This document shows positions 46,401-58,061 of a stretch of 64,000 nucleotides of DNA, one piece after another. The notes under the pieces were generated by a model that saw nothing but the letters and a program-made list of their open reading frames with translations, searched no databases and had not been told where the DNA came from. Location: NCBI GenBank assembly GCA_027923505.1, contig BROI01000025.1, positions 1 to 64,000 of the forward strand. Direction: 5' to 3'. The position numbers were made by a program, and so were the translations under genes. Numbering within the stretch: position 1 is the stretch's first letter; every line of letters begins with the position of its first letter. This DNA is from Mayamaea pseudoterrestris. Taxonomy: Eukaryota.

Positions 46401-49400
46401 AAGATATATGCTCCCAAGTGTATGGTGTCATGAGTTGCATGCAATATACACTTTCCAACGATCCAGGCGATAACGACAGCTCCACTTTGAACACCACAGA
46501 CATTAATGCTACCGAGTTGAATTCGTGTAAGATAGCCATGGTTGTCTCAGATATAAGTCGAGACGAGCAGTTAGACGATATGGAATATGTTCGTTTTTTG
46601 AACCGCTTGACGGATAATCGGTGAGTGCTCAACTGCGTTTTTGGACGATATTGAATCGCGCCACGTGATGTCAACAACACAACACTCACGTCAACTGTTT
46701 TCAATCAACTATCTTAGCTACATAAATAAAGCCTTTTCAGAACTCGCTCAGCCCCTGCAAACCAATTATGAGGATTTGACCGACGCTAGTGGTTTCATAA
46801 GCATTACTGGATCACGACCGGGCGCTACGCCGACAATTGTCCAGTCGGACAATTTAAAGTCCATCTGTGTATCAACTCTGGCGGCGGTAGCGTCAGCGGA
46901 ACAACCTGAATCCGGTTATTCCACTAACGTCCCTAGCAACGATGCTCGATCAGCCTGCAACAGCGCTCTGGTTGTCGCTAACGTGAACCGCGACAGCATC
47001 TTGGTGCAGTCAGAGTATGTGAGGTTCATTGCAAAGATCTTAAATGCTCAAGCGATCACCTTTGACGAATTGGATTCAGTATTTCAAAACGCATTTTATG
47101 ATTTGAGTCAAAACGGTGCTATCGATATCACCGGTGCTGAACCAGGTCAAGATGCGACAAAAGACCAGCAAAGGAATGTTGCGAGACTTTGCGAGCAGGT
47201 CGATTTGGCTATTCAGGCGTACAATAACAGCTTAAGTCCAACTGGTGACGAGGAAGAGTTGCCAGTATATAATTCCTTTCTCCTGTCTATCGACAGTGGT
47301 TTGAATGCATCCGCTTTGGCCGATGGACGCCGTCGTCGAGAACTTGATGAAGCCTACGCTGAATTCATCGAAGACCTTATAAACACGATAATGCAATCAA
47401 GACTTCGTGGACGGCGGTTGCAGGTCAGTGATTTAAAAGCTGGCTCCCCGGAAATATATCAAATTGATGACTCCGTGTGCCCAGCAATTGTTGCGCCTGG
47501 CGCGACATGCCAGACTGCCTACGCTTCGTTTGTCTTATTTTTGCGAAGCAACACTGAAAACAAAGCGAGCATCACTCAGAGCTACCAGGCCCTTTCGCAG
47601 ATTGCCATTGACCAGGGCAAACTTGATGCTAAACTAAAAGAAATTAATCCGACAAGTGAGGTGACTGTCGTGTCATCTATATTACCCATCAAGCCCCCGG
47701 AGTCTTCGGAAGCAGCAGAATCAACGAATGACAGCTATCCGAGCATGGGCGCAATCATAGGCATCGCAGCCGCTGTTGCTGTGGTCATTGCTGCTCTTTG
47801 CATCGGCATATATGTTTGTTACGATTTCAGAAAAAATAGAGTTGCTGCTGTAATTGAGAAACCAGAGAAAGATAAAGACCATTCTGCCCACAAAGGTGCA
47901 TACTTGGATGATTCCGCAGACATTCTATTTGCAACCGGTGATCTTGATCACTTTGGAAACTTATTGAACGACGGTGATGGCACATCTCAGCCTTCAAAGG
48001 AGTACGACCTTCTTCTGGCCTCAACAAGCGAAGGTCATTACAATCAACGCTATCAAGAATCGGCCGTGCCGCAAGACAGTGACACCGTAATGTCACCCCT
48101 AACGCAGCCGGACATCGGCATTCCCATACCAAGCAATGGTGCTCTGGGCGTCATGACGAGATCAGACGACAAACTTTTAATATTTAATGATGCATACGAT
48201 GCTCAAGGAGCATCGGTTTTGTCTCCAAATTCTGCAACAACAGATCTTGCTACAGAAGGAGTGACGCCTGAGACGCTGGAGGAGGAGATTGCCGCCAGAA
48301 TATCCATGATTGACGCCATCAAAGCTGCGGAGGAAGCGAACGAAGAAATAGTCGACGAAGAAGAGTTTACTGAGGAAGAAATACTCGATGACGACGACGG
48401 TAGCTTGACATCTACTGAAGAAATGTTGGACGAAGAACAGGAAGTCATTACGTATGATGTGGAAGCGATGCAGGCAGCAGCAGCCGCCGCCGAAGCGGCA
48501 TTACTATCGAAGGATCCGGACGCAATAAATGAAATAGCGGCTCTCAGCGAGGAAAACGAGGTAGGCTGGTCAAGTGTAGACGATGGTAGCTCTGCGGAAA
48601 GTTCCGACAATGACGCACTTGCCGATATGCCTCTCGCGAAGGAGAAGACCGCCGAAGAAGCGTTGATTGGTGACGTGAGGCCCGAGCGAATGGTGCAGCC
48701 AACGGTAGTAACAGCTGAGAGTCTACCAGTATTGACGGAGGATCCCACCAACAATCAGACGGGCAAAATTGATACAACAAAGGAAGCACAAAGCAGCGGA
48801 GGTGAGAGCAGCGACGAAGAGGAGGACGAAAGTACTGACGAAAAGGAAGATGACGAAGAAAGCGACGAAGACGAAAGCAGTGACGATGAGAAGGCAACGC
48901 AAGTCAAAGCAGAGGAAGAAAATAGCGAGGATGAAAGCGAAGAAGAGGAAGATGAAAGCGGAGACGAGGAAAGCGCTGATGAAGAAAGCAGCGAGGAAGA
49001 ATCGGAGGAAAGTGAAGAAGATGACGAATCAGATAACGAGGCGGAAACAAGTGAGGAATTGGTCATTCCCGACGAAGCAACAAGAGCTGCATATCGCAGC
49101 CAGGTTGCTGCTCTTGTTGGGGAGGTTGTTCCAAGTGAACTTGATAATGTCGACGCCATGATGGAGCAGTTTCTGGGGCGGGAAGCGGAGTTGATTATGA
49201 CACTGCAAAACATGGCGGCAGCTCGCGACTCTTCGGACGAGGAAGAGGAATCCGACGAAGATGAGGAATCCGACGAGGAAGAAGAAAGCGGGGACGAAGA
49301 AGGTAGCGAAGATGGGGACGATAGCAGCGACGAAGACGAAAGCAACGATGAAGCGAAGCCATCTCCTACGCCAATTAAAAAGAAGGATGCTTCTGACAGC

Positions 49401-49439
49401 TCTGAGGACGAATCGAGCGAAGATAGTGATTCTTCGTAA
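43406..49439 (+). CDS. Type-I membrane protein B, paralog of A: 9 Cys-flanked EF-hand-like modules, RRL motif, TM, D/E/S-rich tail; 2 exons; start may be 43517 or 43541
   Basis: Loops such as DANIDLSLDRTEY, DFNKDDNLATDEY, DANRDESLATDEY, DANRDDMLDQFEW. Intron 46621-46717 is frame-preserving. TM IIGIAAAVAVVIAALCIGIYVCY. Confidence 0.85.
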
Positions 49440-50270
49440 AGTTATATAATGATAGAGATGCACTTACAGTGCTTTACGTACATTATGAAGTCCTTATGGC
49501 ATCTTACTCGTTTGCGATGTCAGGCTATGTTGATGTGTTAAGTCGGCTGCTGCACCGTCAAAGAGGCAGTTTATTACTCATAAAAGCCGTCGACCAAGCT
49601 AACATTCAATTTTTTCCACTCATTCACGCTAGTTCTACTATTGGTGCTCCCCCGTCGTTCGCAGCTGCCTCCACTTCGAGCAACCTGGCTTTTGGTTAGG
49701 TCGATCCTTCTTTTGACATTTTGGCGAGCTGTACGCAACGAGTTGACACTTTGCGCAAACTCAATACGTTTCATGCAAGTGAGCTCATTCCAAAAACCGC
49801 ATTGATCATTTCATGGCAACCTGCAATGTTTGTTGTTGGCGCCCACGCCTATAATGGAGAAAATGCAGACAGCGCATGACGCGATTCATAGCGTCCTATG
49901 GCCTAGAAGAGTTGAAGAGGTGAATTCCATCGGATAGCAAGCTGCGTATCGTACCCATGGTCATGCAGAAGCAGGAGAGAAAGAGATAGAGGCCGACATG
50001 ATATATAATTTAATGGCAGCAGCAGAAACAATGCAAATGAAGGAAATACGGAGGCAAATGAGAATGTGAGTGAGCTCAATGGCGAACGCGAATCCAAACG
50101 GTACTGGTGCGACTATCAATCCTGCGGCTCGTTAACCTGGATCTTAAAAGTGTCGCTGCGACACGATCTTTTACGGTCGCGCGAGAGCCTTGCATCCGCG
50201 GAGTGATCCACAACAAAACCTTTCGGACGAAAGCTGCCGAAAAAGATTGTCCTTCCATTGAAAAATTAGC

Positions 50271-51569
50271 ATGGAAAAGCTCTTGGAAGCCTTGACACCT
50301 CCGACGGCGAACGCTGCAAGCGGCGCGCCTACTAACGCTGCGGCGGCGGCTGCGGCGGCGGCTGCGGCGGCGATTGACTTTGCCGCTCTGGTGGAGGCTG
50401 CAGCGCCACCAGCGGCTGCGGCAAGCGTCGCATCAAACAATAACCAGGAAGGAGCTGTTACGACTCCCAAGAAGGAAACAGTCGAGAGTAATGAAGCTAA
50501 TGAAGCGACCATGGCGACGCCGACTGAGCAGAACGATAACGCTGCTGCTGACGCCGAGGACAAGGAAGGTGCGGTTATTGACACTCTGAATGCTTCAGAT
50601 CCACCCGTTGCTTCTGCTTTTGCAATTGCAAAGGAACAACCAAAAGATACTGATGATGCGGCGGAAAGCAAGGATCAAGACAAGACAGGTGATGTTGAAA
50701 TTGGCGACGAGAAGCTTGCCGAGGCGGAAAATTTGGAGGTAGTAGATGACGAGGGCGATCGCAAGATGCCAGCCGCCGCGGTATATGCGGACGCCAAGAT
50801 GGAGGTGGAACCAGCAAGCGAACCAGCGCAGGAAGAAAATAGCAAGCCCGCCGCCGACGATGATGACGATTGCGATCGCAAGATGCCTGCTGCAGATTTA
50901 ATTGGCGACGAAACTATGCAAGGCAAAAGCGAAGGCAAAGCTAACGTTGCTGAACCAGAGCACATGCAGACGGTTCGCATCAAGGGCAAAGTGGCGCGCA
51001 AGACCATGATGAGCAACAAGAAGGAGGAGGCTGCTCGCTCTGCTCGCATCAAGGCGACGCCTCGCAAGTCGGCCGGTAGCTCCCTTTCATCATCGTCACC
51101 CTTCAACTTGGCTGCGGCTGCCAAGCAGGCGGAAAAGGCTAGCACTACTGGAACTAAAAAGTCATCGCCGAAGGCGGTCACCGCCTCGTCCAAGAAGCGA
51201 TCGGCCAAGGAGGATACAACCTCGGCCAAGAAGCGGGCGGCGTCTGTTGCCAAAACCGCTTCCGCCGCCACCGCCAAGAAGTCTCGCAAGGATTTAGCGG
51301 CGGCTGCGTCTGCCGCTGATGCTGGCGAACCGCCATACTTACCCTTGCACGGTTTGATTGATCCAAAGAAACCCGACAAGTGGCCGACTGGATGGACGGT
51401 GCAGCACCGACCCCGCAAGTCGGATCCCTCTCGTCTTGATCCCTACTACCAGTCGCCAAAGGGGCACAAGTTCCGCTCCAAGTCGGGTGTGCGCGCCTTT
51501 CTTGCAAAGCTGAAGGAGCTAGGTCCGGGCCAGGAGGATGCGGCGTACAAGATTGTTGGTGCAAAGTGA
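50271..51569 (+). CDS. Methyl-CpG-binding-domain (MBD) protein with a long disordered N-terminus
   Basis: C-terminal WPTGWTVQHRPRKSD...DPYYQSPKGHKFRSKSGVRAFL fits the MBD consensus. Confidence 0.82.
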   Translation: MEKLLEALTPPTANAASGAPTNAAAAAAAAAAAAIDFAALVEAAAPPAAAASVASNNNQEGAVTTPKKETVESNEANEATMATPTEQNDNAAADAEDKEGAVIDTLNASDPPVASAFAIAKEQPKDTDDAAESKDQDKTGDVEIGDEKLAEAENLEVVDDEGDRKMPAAAVYADAKMEVEPASEPAQEENSKPAADDDDDCDRKMPAADLIGDETMQGKSEGKANVAEPEHMQTVRIKGKVARKTMMSNKKEEAARSARIKATPRKSAGSSLSSSSPFNLAAAAKQAEKASTTGTKKSSPKAVTASSKKRSAKEDTTSAKKRAASVAKTASAATAKKSRKDLAAAASAADAGEPPYLPLHGLIDPKKPDKWPTGWTVQHRPRKSDPSRLDPYYQSPKGHKFRSKSGVRAFLAKLKELGPGQEDAAYKIVGAK

Positions 51570-51903
51570 GGCAGTATACGGTTGAATGCAGGTTTGTTGA
51601 TGTTGAAAGCTTGGCAGTGATGCTTGGATTGGTATGATGGACGACGATGCAAGACTAGGTTTGCGATATCTGTCAAGTCTCGATATATTTAGTTTGATAT
51701 CATCACGATATTTTATGTAAGAGGCTTTCTTGCTTTACGTACAATCGTACAAAGGCGTGTTAGTATTGTAATATCAAAAGACGATAGCTAAGTATCCCAT
51801 CGGTTTTAAAATGCCATCGTTTTCTCGACCATGGCATTTTCTTTCATTCGTTTTCTCCATTGCAAGTCTCACTATAGACAATAGTACAAGAGACTTATTC
51901 AAA

Positions 51904-53274
51904 ATGTCAACCTCTATTATTCCGACCACTACAATGCGAGCGGCAGAAGTTCCAGCCAATGCCAATGAAGGATGCGTCGGCCCGTCCTCGGAAAAGGCTG
52001 GAAAGGCTTCCGGTATGATTCAAAGAAAATTTGCATTTTTGAGCGCCATTTAGCATTATCAATCACAGTACTGATTTTTAATCAATCGTTTCGTATTTAC
52101 AGCATGTGATGGATGTCCGAGCCAAGCCGCCTGCAGCTCTGGTCAGTTCCAGCAAGACCAAGCAGTGGTGCAGGACGAAACAATGCGACTGCAGACGGCG
52201 CTAGGAAACGTTTCCAACGTTGTCTTGGTCTTGTCGGGCAAGGGAGGAGTTGGGAAGGTACGTGTATATGTATAGTACATTTAATTTGGATGCTGATGCT
52301 GCTTGCTGATGGTTTTGATGACTCTGTCACACGGACCACGGACCCTGTCACACACGCTCGTTTGCTTTATCGTTGCACATCTGGACTAAACACACAGTAC
52401 CTTCCCCTACTACTCCCAGAGCACTGTAGCATCCCAACTCTGCCATACACTCGCCAGTCAGGGCTACGCCGTTGGTTTGCTGGACGTTGACTTGTGCGGA
52501 CCCTCGGCTCCTCGCATGGTGCTGGGCAACGCCGCCTACCAACAGGAGATTCACAAGGCGGGCAGCGGCGCCTGGACGCCAATCTACGTGAAACCGCACA
52601 ATTTGGCAGTCATGAGTATTAGTTTCATGTTGCAGGATCCTAACCAAGCGGTTGTATGGCGCGGGCCGAGGAAGAATGCACTGATTCAACAATTCTTGAC
52701 GGAAGTGGATTGGACGGGTGATACTGACGGTTTGGATTATTTGATCATTGACACGCCACCTGGAACATCGGACGAGCATATTTCAACCGTTCAGTACCTG
52801 CAGCGGGCCAATGCTGTTGCGGGAGCAATAGTTGTCACGACGCCGGAGGAAGTGAGTTTGGCGGACGTTCGCAAGGAACTAAACTTTTGTACCAAGACAA
52901 ATGTCAAGGTATTGGGTATTGTTGAGAATATGAGCACGTATCAGACGCAGCTTAGTAAATGTTCGTTTGTTAATCCGGAAGGAACAGACTGCACGGATGC
53001 AGTGTTGTCAAAGTTGAAAGAAACGTGTCCGGAGATGCTTGACATGATTGTCAATTCAGATGTATTCTCAACAACTCATGGCGGCGCGGAGAAAATGGCC
53101 AATGATTACGGTGCTCCATTTTGGGGCACGCTGCCGTTAGATCCTGACTTGCTAAAGGCTTGCGAAGACGGCAAGGCATTCTGTGAGCTGAAGAAGGATG
53201 CTGTAGCTGCAAAAGCTCTTGTGGAACTTGCCAGGAAGTTGACGGTCGCCCTTCCAGTAGATATGTCAACATGA
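51904..53274 (+). CDS. NBP35: Cytosolic Fe-S cluster assembly factor NBP35; 3 exons
   Basis: N-terminal CVGPSSEKAGKASACDGCPSQAAC, Walker A SGKGGVGKST, DVDLCGPS, VVWRGPRK, DTPPGTSDEH, ENMS. Introns 52013-52102 and 52258-52419. Confidence 0.94.
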
Positions 53275-53558
53275 GCTTACTGGTACAATTTGTACTCATT
53301 CTGGTATCGGTTGCTAATGTGTTGATAGTAAGATAGATAGCCATGGTTTAAATACTAAAGCAAACTGCATACAAAAATTTGTTTCGAAACTGTTCATCTG
53401 CGCTCGTTCGCATATATTCATTCGCGACTGGCAATCATGCTCCGAGATACTTCACAAGATAGCAACGATAAGGCATTGCAGTAAGCATGTTTTATACTCA
53501 CCAAAGTATAGACAAATCTGATTTCTGTGACACAATTCCCCATGTACAAGCGGGATTC

Positions 53559-55199
53559 TTACACTCGCTTGCGCTTGCCGACATTGCCCGGGAAGCATGG
53601 AATGACTTCGCCACCCGAAGCCCTCAATACTCCGTTGGATCCGTTAAACAGATCAAAAGTCCCAACAGGCGTTTCCAGCGTGTATCCCCCATTGTGCCCT
53701 TCCCAGCACCCATCCGCGTGGTAATGTATCAAAATGTCGCGAACAATTCGCTTGGTCGCCGTTGAGTCTGACTCCGACTCCGCCGCGGCCTCTTCAGCAG
53801 CCAAAAGTCGCTCCGTCAAGTCTTTATAGACGCTAATTTGATGCCGAAAAGGCTTGGCTGTTCCATTCTCTTCTATCGTGTAGAGCCGCGAAATTGAAAT
53901 CTTTTCCAGCTTGTCCAGCGACACAGACTCGCCCTGCACCACTGGCGACAGAAACACGGTTCGCTGTGTTTTGGCTTCCGCCTTGATGAAGTCGTGTATA
54001 TCAGCAAAACCATCTTTCTTGTAGAGACTGTACTCAATTGACTGCAAAAAGGCGTGGCAAAAATGGTTTTGGTTCACGTGCGAGTATACGTTGCGAACGT
54101 GTTGCTTCTTGGCCAGCTTGGCGTACTCGGCCAAGCGCTCGAGCATAAAGACTTTGGAATCGTCATCAAGGGCCGGCCAAACGACGGGACAAATGTCGGC
54201 GAGCAGCAAGGCTCCAAAGTATTGCGTGTCGGGATCGTACTCGGCGATTGACGTAGCATCTTCATGTTCGCCGTCTCGCGGAGTCGCCGAGTAGAATAGA
54301 ATGGCTCGAAACTTTGGACACGACGGCCCTGCATGCAGCAAGCTTCCAGGAAGCGAAGTGCAGTCTCCGCAGTGAAGGAGCTTCGTCTTGACCGCCTTTA
54401 GTTGAACATGCAAGGTATCGCCAAAGGAGCGAATCAAAGCCGCGGCACCAGACTCCTCATTGGACATGGCATCCAGCAGCTTCGGTGGCGCATTCTTCCA
54501 CGAAGCAACATGCTTTGGTAAATCGCGCGCACATATAATATTGCACTTGACCTTGTACGAAATGGTTCCAGGACTGGAGTTTGTCAGAAGCAGGCCAAAC
54601 TGAGCGTTTGGATAAAGCAAGTCAATGTGCGGACCTTGCGCGTCCACCGCATCGTAGGTAATCAGCAAGGAAAAATTGTTATAGGAATACCGACTGGATG
54701 GAAAGCGTTCATCTTTTCCAGCTTGTTTAATTGCAAAATTTATCATTCTCTCTTTTATTTGCTGGGCGCGAGCCTCTAACGTAGATTCGTCTTGGTCGTC
54801 ATCACCTGCAACTAGCATGCACAATTCATCAAAGGCATTGCACGGCTTGTAGGTAGACGAGCAAAAAACTTCAAAGCGCTTGCCTTGAATGCGGCGAACC
54901 GACTGGTCCTTCTCCTCGTCAATGAGTTGAATGAAGCGGCGCTCGTACCTTTCGAGGCGAGCGTCAAGCTTGCGGAGAATTTCAAGCGCTTCAAAATCTT
55001 CATCTGGCGATGGATGGATGATTTTCATTTCATTGTCATTGCTGCTGCTTGCGCTGTTATCATTTGCCATGTTACTCGCTTGCTGCGGCGGCGGCGGCGG
55101 CTTACTGCGATTTGATGCACGACGAGACGTCGTCATGGTGGAAGGGCTTGGCGCAGTTTGGTGGATTGTGATGGATGACAATGTCACAAAGGCCATCAA
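53559..55199 (-). CDS. Hypothetical protein with a probable 2OG-Fe(II) dioxygenase-like fold; start may be 55136
   Basis: QGPHID (HxD), distal LLHAGP, then RAILF. Confidence 0.6.
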   Translation of the reverse strand: MMAFVTLSSITIHQTAPSPSTMTTSRRASNRSKPPPPPQQASNMANDNSASSSNDNEMKIIHPSPDEDFEALEILRKLDARLERYERRFIQLIDEEKDQSVRRIQGKRFEVFCSSTYKPCNAFDELCMLVAGDDDQDESTLEARAQQIKERMINFAIKQAGKDERFPSSRYSYNNFSLLITYDAVDAQGPHIDLLYPNAQFGLLLTNSSPGTISYKVKCNIICARDLPKHVASWKNAPPKLLDAMSNEESGAAALIRSFGDTLHVQLKAVKTKLLHCGDCTSLPGSLLHAGPSCPKFRAILFYSATPRDGEHEDATSIAEYDPDTQYFGALLLADICPVVWPALDDDSKVFMLERLAEYAKLAKKQHVRNVYSHVNQNHFCHAFLQSIEYSLYKKDGFADIHDFIKAEAKTQRTVFLSPVVQGESVSLDKLEKISISRLYTIEENGTAKPFRHQISVYKDLTERLLAAEEAAAESESDSTATKRIVRDILIHYHADGCWEGHNGGYTLETPVGTFDLFNGSNGVLRASGGEVIPCFPGNVGKRKRV

Positions 55200-55552
55200 A
55201 CATCACATCAAAATCGCTTGTAAGAAGTCGTAGCGGCACTCGTGGGATGCGACGCTTTTGCAAGTTCGCATCGCACGCAAATGGCGGACTTGCTCATTAT
55301 TCGCGCAATAATCAAAAGGCGACTCGTCTGGACCAAAACAGGCTGCATCATTCATCGTCACTCGTCCAGCATGTAGCGATCAAGAATCTCTATAATGTCA
55401 TTGTTTAAGACAAGCCGATGATCAAGTCGCCATTTGGGATGAGAAAGCTTGTTGGAACCAATCCTACGACCGACTCACGTTAGGTAAAAGCTAATATACC
55501 GCATGAGCTACTTGTTTTATAGTCTTCCGACAATGTATTTCCACACTAAAGT

Positions 55553-57184
55553 TTATCCCGCAAACCTGCCTCGCCTTCTTGCTGGCTCGCCGTCACATAC
55601 TTGACTTGGAGCAACGATGCCGTACTTCGTCAGCACGTCGCTCGCCGATTGCAGTAGCGCCAAGTCTTCGGCGAGCGCCCGTTGCGGAACCGGTCTGTTT
55701 GGTTGACTTCGTAAAGGATCAAACGCTTGGTAAAATTCTCTCGAGCCGCTGACGCGTACATCATTGTTCAAATGACCAGGAATGATTCGTTGCATGTCTT
55801 TGAAACGAGTGCAGACTCGGTCGACCCATTCCAACGTTGCTTGCGGCTCACGATCAAGAATAAGCTTGGTCAGAATGGGAGGACAAAACAGTTTACCATT
55901 TTGACTGATTGCTTCAAAGTTACGAATGTCTGCATCATTGTCATGCCATGACCATGGATAGAGTGATGATATTGGAATGGCGCCGTCGCCAAGGTTGCGC
56001 AACTCGTTTGGCACCTTTGAAGCATCCACGAGTGCTTCGGCTGCACTGGCAACGTCAATCTGCGACGGAAAAAAGACGAGACCAAACTGCACCATGCGTC
56101 GCCATCCCTTTTCTCGCGTTGCAGCAGTGTCGCGTACAGTGTCACGAGCCGCGTCGCGCGCGTGAAAGAGCAAGGCGCGCGGATCCTCCTGGATAATGGC
56201 CGGCGGTGTCTTGGTGACACTGACAACGGTATCCGTCACGAGCAGTGTCTTGGTGGATTTATGGTAAAAGGCAGTTTCGGAAAAGCCACCGACGGATTGA
56301 AAGGAAAAGGGCCCCAAAACCTCGTAGTCAAAGTCATTGGCCCATGCGGGAATTTGTGGTGAAACCTCCTTCGTGACATACTTGGCATTTTGCTTTGATC
56401 CAAGCACTGGTATGTCACGCAGTCGTTTACCTCGCTGCTTGACGTAATACTCAATGGGCAAGTTGATTGGAAAACTCCATTGACCCGGTTGTATCCACAA
56501 AGTGGCGTCTGGATAGTGCGCCGAAAAGTCCCCAAAGGTTGCCTTGTGCTCGAGCGCCACCGTGCCCAAGACAATGTGCTTGACGGGACCATGCAGTTTC
56601 ACGAGTCGATCCATCATGTTTCGCAACTGCAGTGTCGGTGCCACGGGATTGAGTATCCACAAGCCTCCACTTTGGAGTCGAACGACGGTTTGTCGGATCG
56701 GAACATTGACATTGACGATGCCTTGAAGCTGATCGTGCGTCCAAATGGTGTTTGGCACAATGCATGTTTCAATGGTGGCGCGACGTGTAAACGTACCAGC
56801 CAGGGGAAGCAGGGAAAAGGCAATTTTGCCCAGTGGCCATGACAATTCTTTGGAATATGGAGGTGTCGGAATGAGGTATTTGTCAGTTGCTTGTAGCGCA
56901 AATGCAAATTGAGGAGAATATGTAACCAATGCAGTACTTGTTGCAGTAGCAATAGTTTGTAGCAATAACTTTCGTCGTTGGTTGGTGCTTGATATTGTTG
57001 TTGAGCATGATATTTCTTCGGCTACTGTTGCGGGTGCTGCTGGATCTGCGGCTTGAGCAATTCTCGCATCTACCGCTTTCCATGGGCGTATTCGAGGCAT
57101 TTCGAAAGCATTCGATCTTACTAGCAGCAGTGGTAGCAGTCGCAATAGGTAGCGGAACGACTTGCAACGTCGAGTGGTCGCCAT
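55553..57184 (-). CDS. DUF4336-like (metallo-beta-lactamase-like) protein, plastid-targeted
   Basis: VNVPIRQTVVRLQSGGLWILNPVAPT, GPVKHIVL...EHK, ETAFYHK..TLLVTD, RIIPGH. Signal peptide with SNA-F cleavage, then an RR..AFA segment. Confidence 0.8.
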   Translation of the reverse strand: MATTRRCKSFRYLLRLLPLLLVRSNAFEMPRIRPWKAVDARIAQAADPAAPATVAEEISCSTTISSTNQRRKLLLQTIATATSTALVTYSPQFAFALQATDKYLIPTPPYSKELSWPLGKIAFSLLPLAGTFTRRATIETCIVPNTIWTHDQLQGIVNVNVPIRQTVVRLQSGGLWILNPVAPTLQLRNMMDRLVKLHGPVKHIVLGTVALEHKATFGDFSAHYPDATLWIQPGQWSFPINLPIEYYVKQRGKRLRDIPVLGSKQNAKYVTKEVSPQIPAWANDFDYEVLGPFSFQSVGGFSETAFYHKSTKTLLVTDTVVSVTKTPPAIIQEDPRALLFHARDAARDTVRDTAATREKGWRRMVQFGLVFFPSQIDVASAAEALVDASKVPNELRNLGDGAIPISSLYPWSWHDNDADIRNFEAISQNGKLFCPPILTKLILDREPQATLEWVDRVCTRFKDMQRIIPGHLNNDVRVSGSREFYQAFDPLRSQPNRPVPQRALAEDLALLQSASDVLTKYGIVAPSQVCDGEPARRRGRFAG

Positions 57185-57385
57185 GGTCGAAATTGTGACG
57201 GAATTTTTGGTGCAAGACGAAAGAACCGACGTCAGAACCGATGCGTCATCCCCTATTATTTGTAAATTGTCTCATCGGTTTCTACTACGACATCTTCAAA
57301 ATCGCGTCCACCCGAAGTATCGTGCCACAACATATTATCTTTCGTCTCGACTTGTCTTTTTCCCACATTTCCATTGCACAAGACG

Positions 57386-57994
57386 ATGCTTTATTTATAT
57401 CATAATAGGAATCTAGCAAAAATCTTCCAGCGTCGCTTCTTTTCAGCGGATAGGCAACGTAACAAGAAGCTTGCCTCCGTCATTCGTGAAGGTCTTGGCC
57501 TGTTAAACGAGACTGCCTTGACGATTCAAAACTCCAGCCATACGCGCCGTCCACTCTTTCCCACGACTGTCGTTAGTTCCAAGTCGCCTCAACAAACTGC
57601 TGCTCTTCCGTCATCCGACAAGGCTCGCGCCGAGGAGCATCGGATATTTACGACTGCGCAGGAATGTTTAGAATCGCTCGCCACCAAGCACTCCATCTTT
57701 ACTCTGAAGGGAGAACCAATTAGTCTACTCGCATGTCGCGTGAAACCGTCCATACAAGTGGCGACGCTGTTTTGGACATTGCCGCTATCTATATTGGTCG
57801 AAGACAAACTCACCAATTATCAAAAGGAGCAACTACTGGAGGGAGTCCAAAAGAAATGGCTCAATGATAGTTCGGCCGAGTCTCTGCTGCAAAAGTGCGT
57901 TCACGGCAAGCTATCATCCTACTTTCCACCGAAACTGCGACTGGAGCCGGCGCCGGAAGATATGCTGGAGGAATATCTGCAGGAGTGGGAGTAG
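57386..57994 (+). CDS. RbfA-like ribosome-binding factor, probably mitochondrial
   Basis: Presequence-like IFQRRFFS; RQRNKKLASVIRE; ISLLACRVKPSIQVATLFW; C-terminal PPKLRL resembles RbfA P.L.F. Confidence 0.55.
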   Translation: MLYLYHNRNLAKIFQRRFFSADRQRNKKLASVIREGLGLLNETALTIQNSSHTRRPLFPTTVVSSKSPQQTAALPSSDKARAEEHRIFTTAQECLESLATKHSIFTLKGEPISLLACRVKPSIQVATLFWTLPLSILVEDKLTNYQKEQLLEGVQKKWLNDSSAESLLQKCVHGKLSSYFPPKLRLEPAPEDMLEEYLQEWE

Positions 57995-58061
57995 TAGAGA
58001 GCAGAGAGCAACGCGACTGCAACATGGCACGCACTTATAAATAATCATTTATATTATATAT

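Noticed and set aside
48203..49463. Ser-rich minus-strand ORFs
   Set aside because: Antisense shadows of the D/E-rich tail of protein B.
49469..50258. Short ORFs between protein B and the MBD gene
   Set aside because: All under 80 aa with no motifs; likely UTR or promoter.
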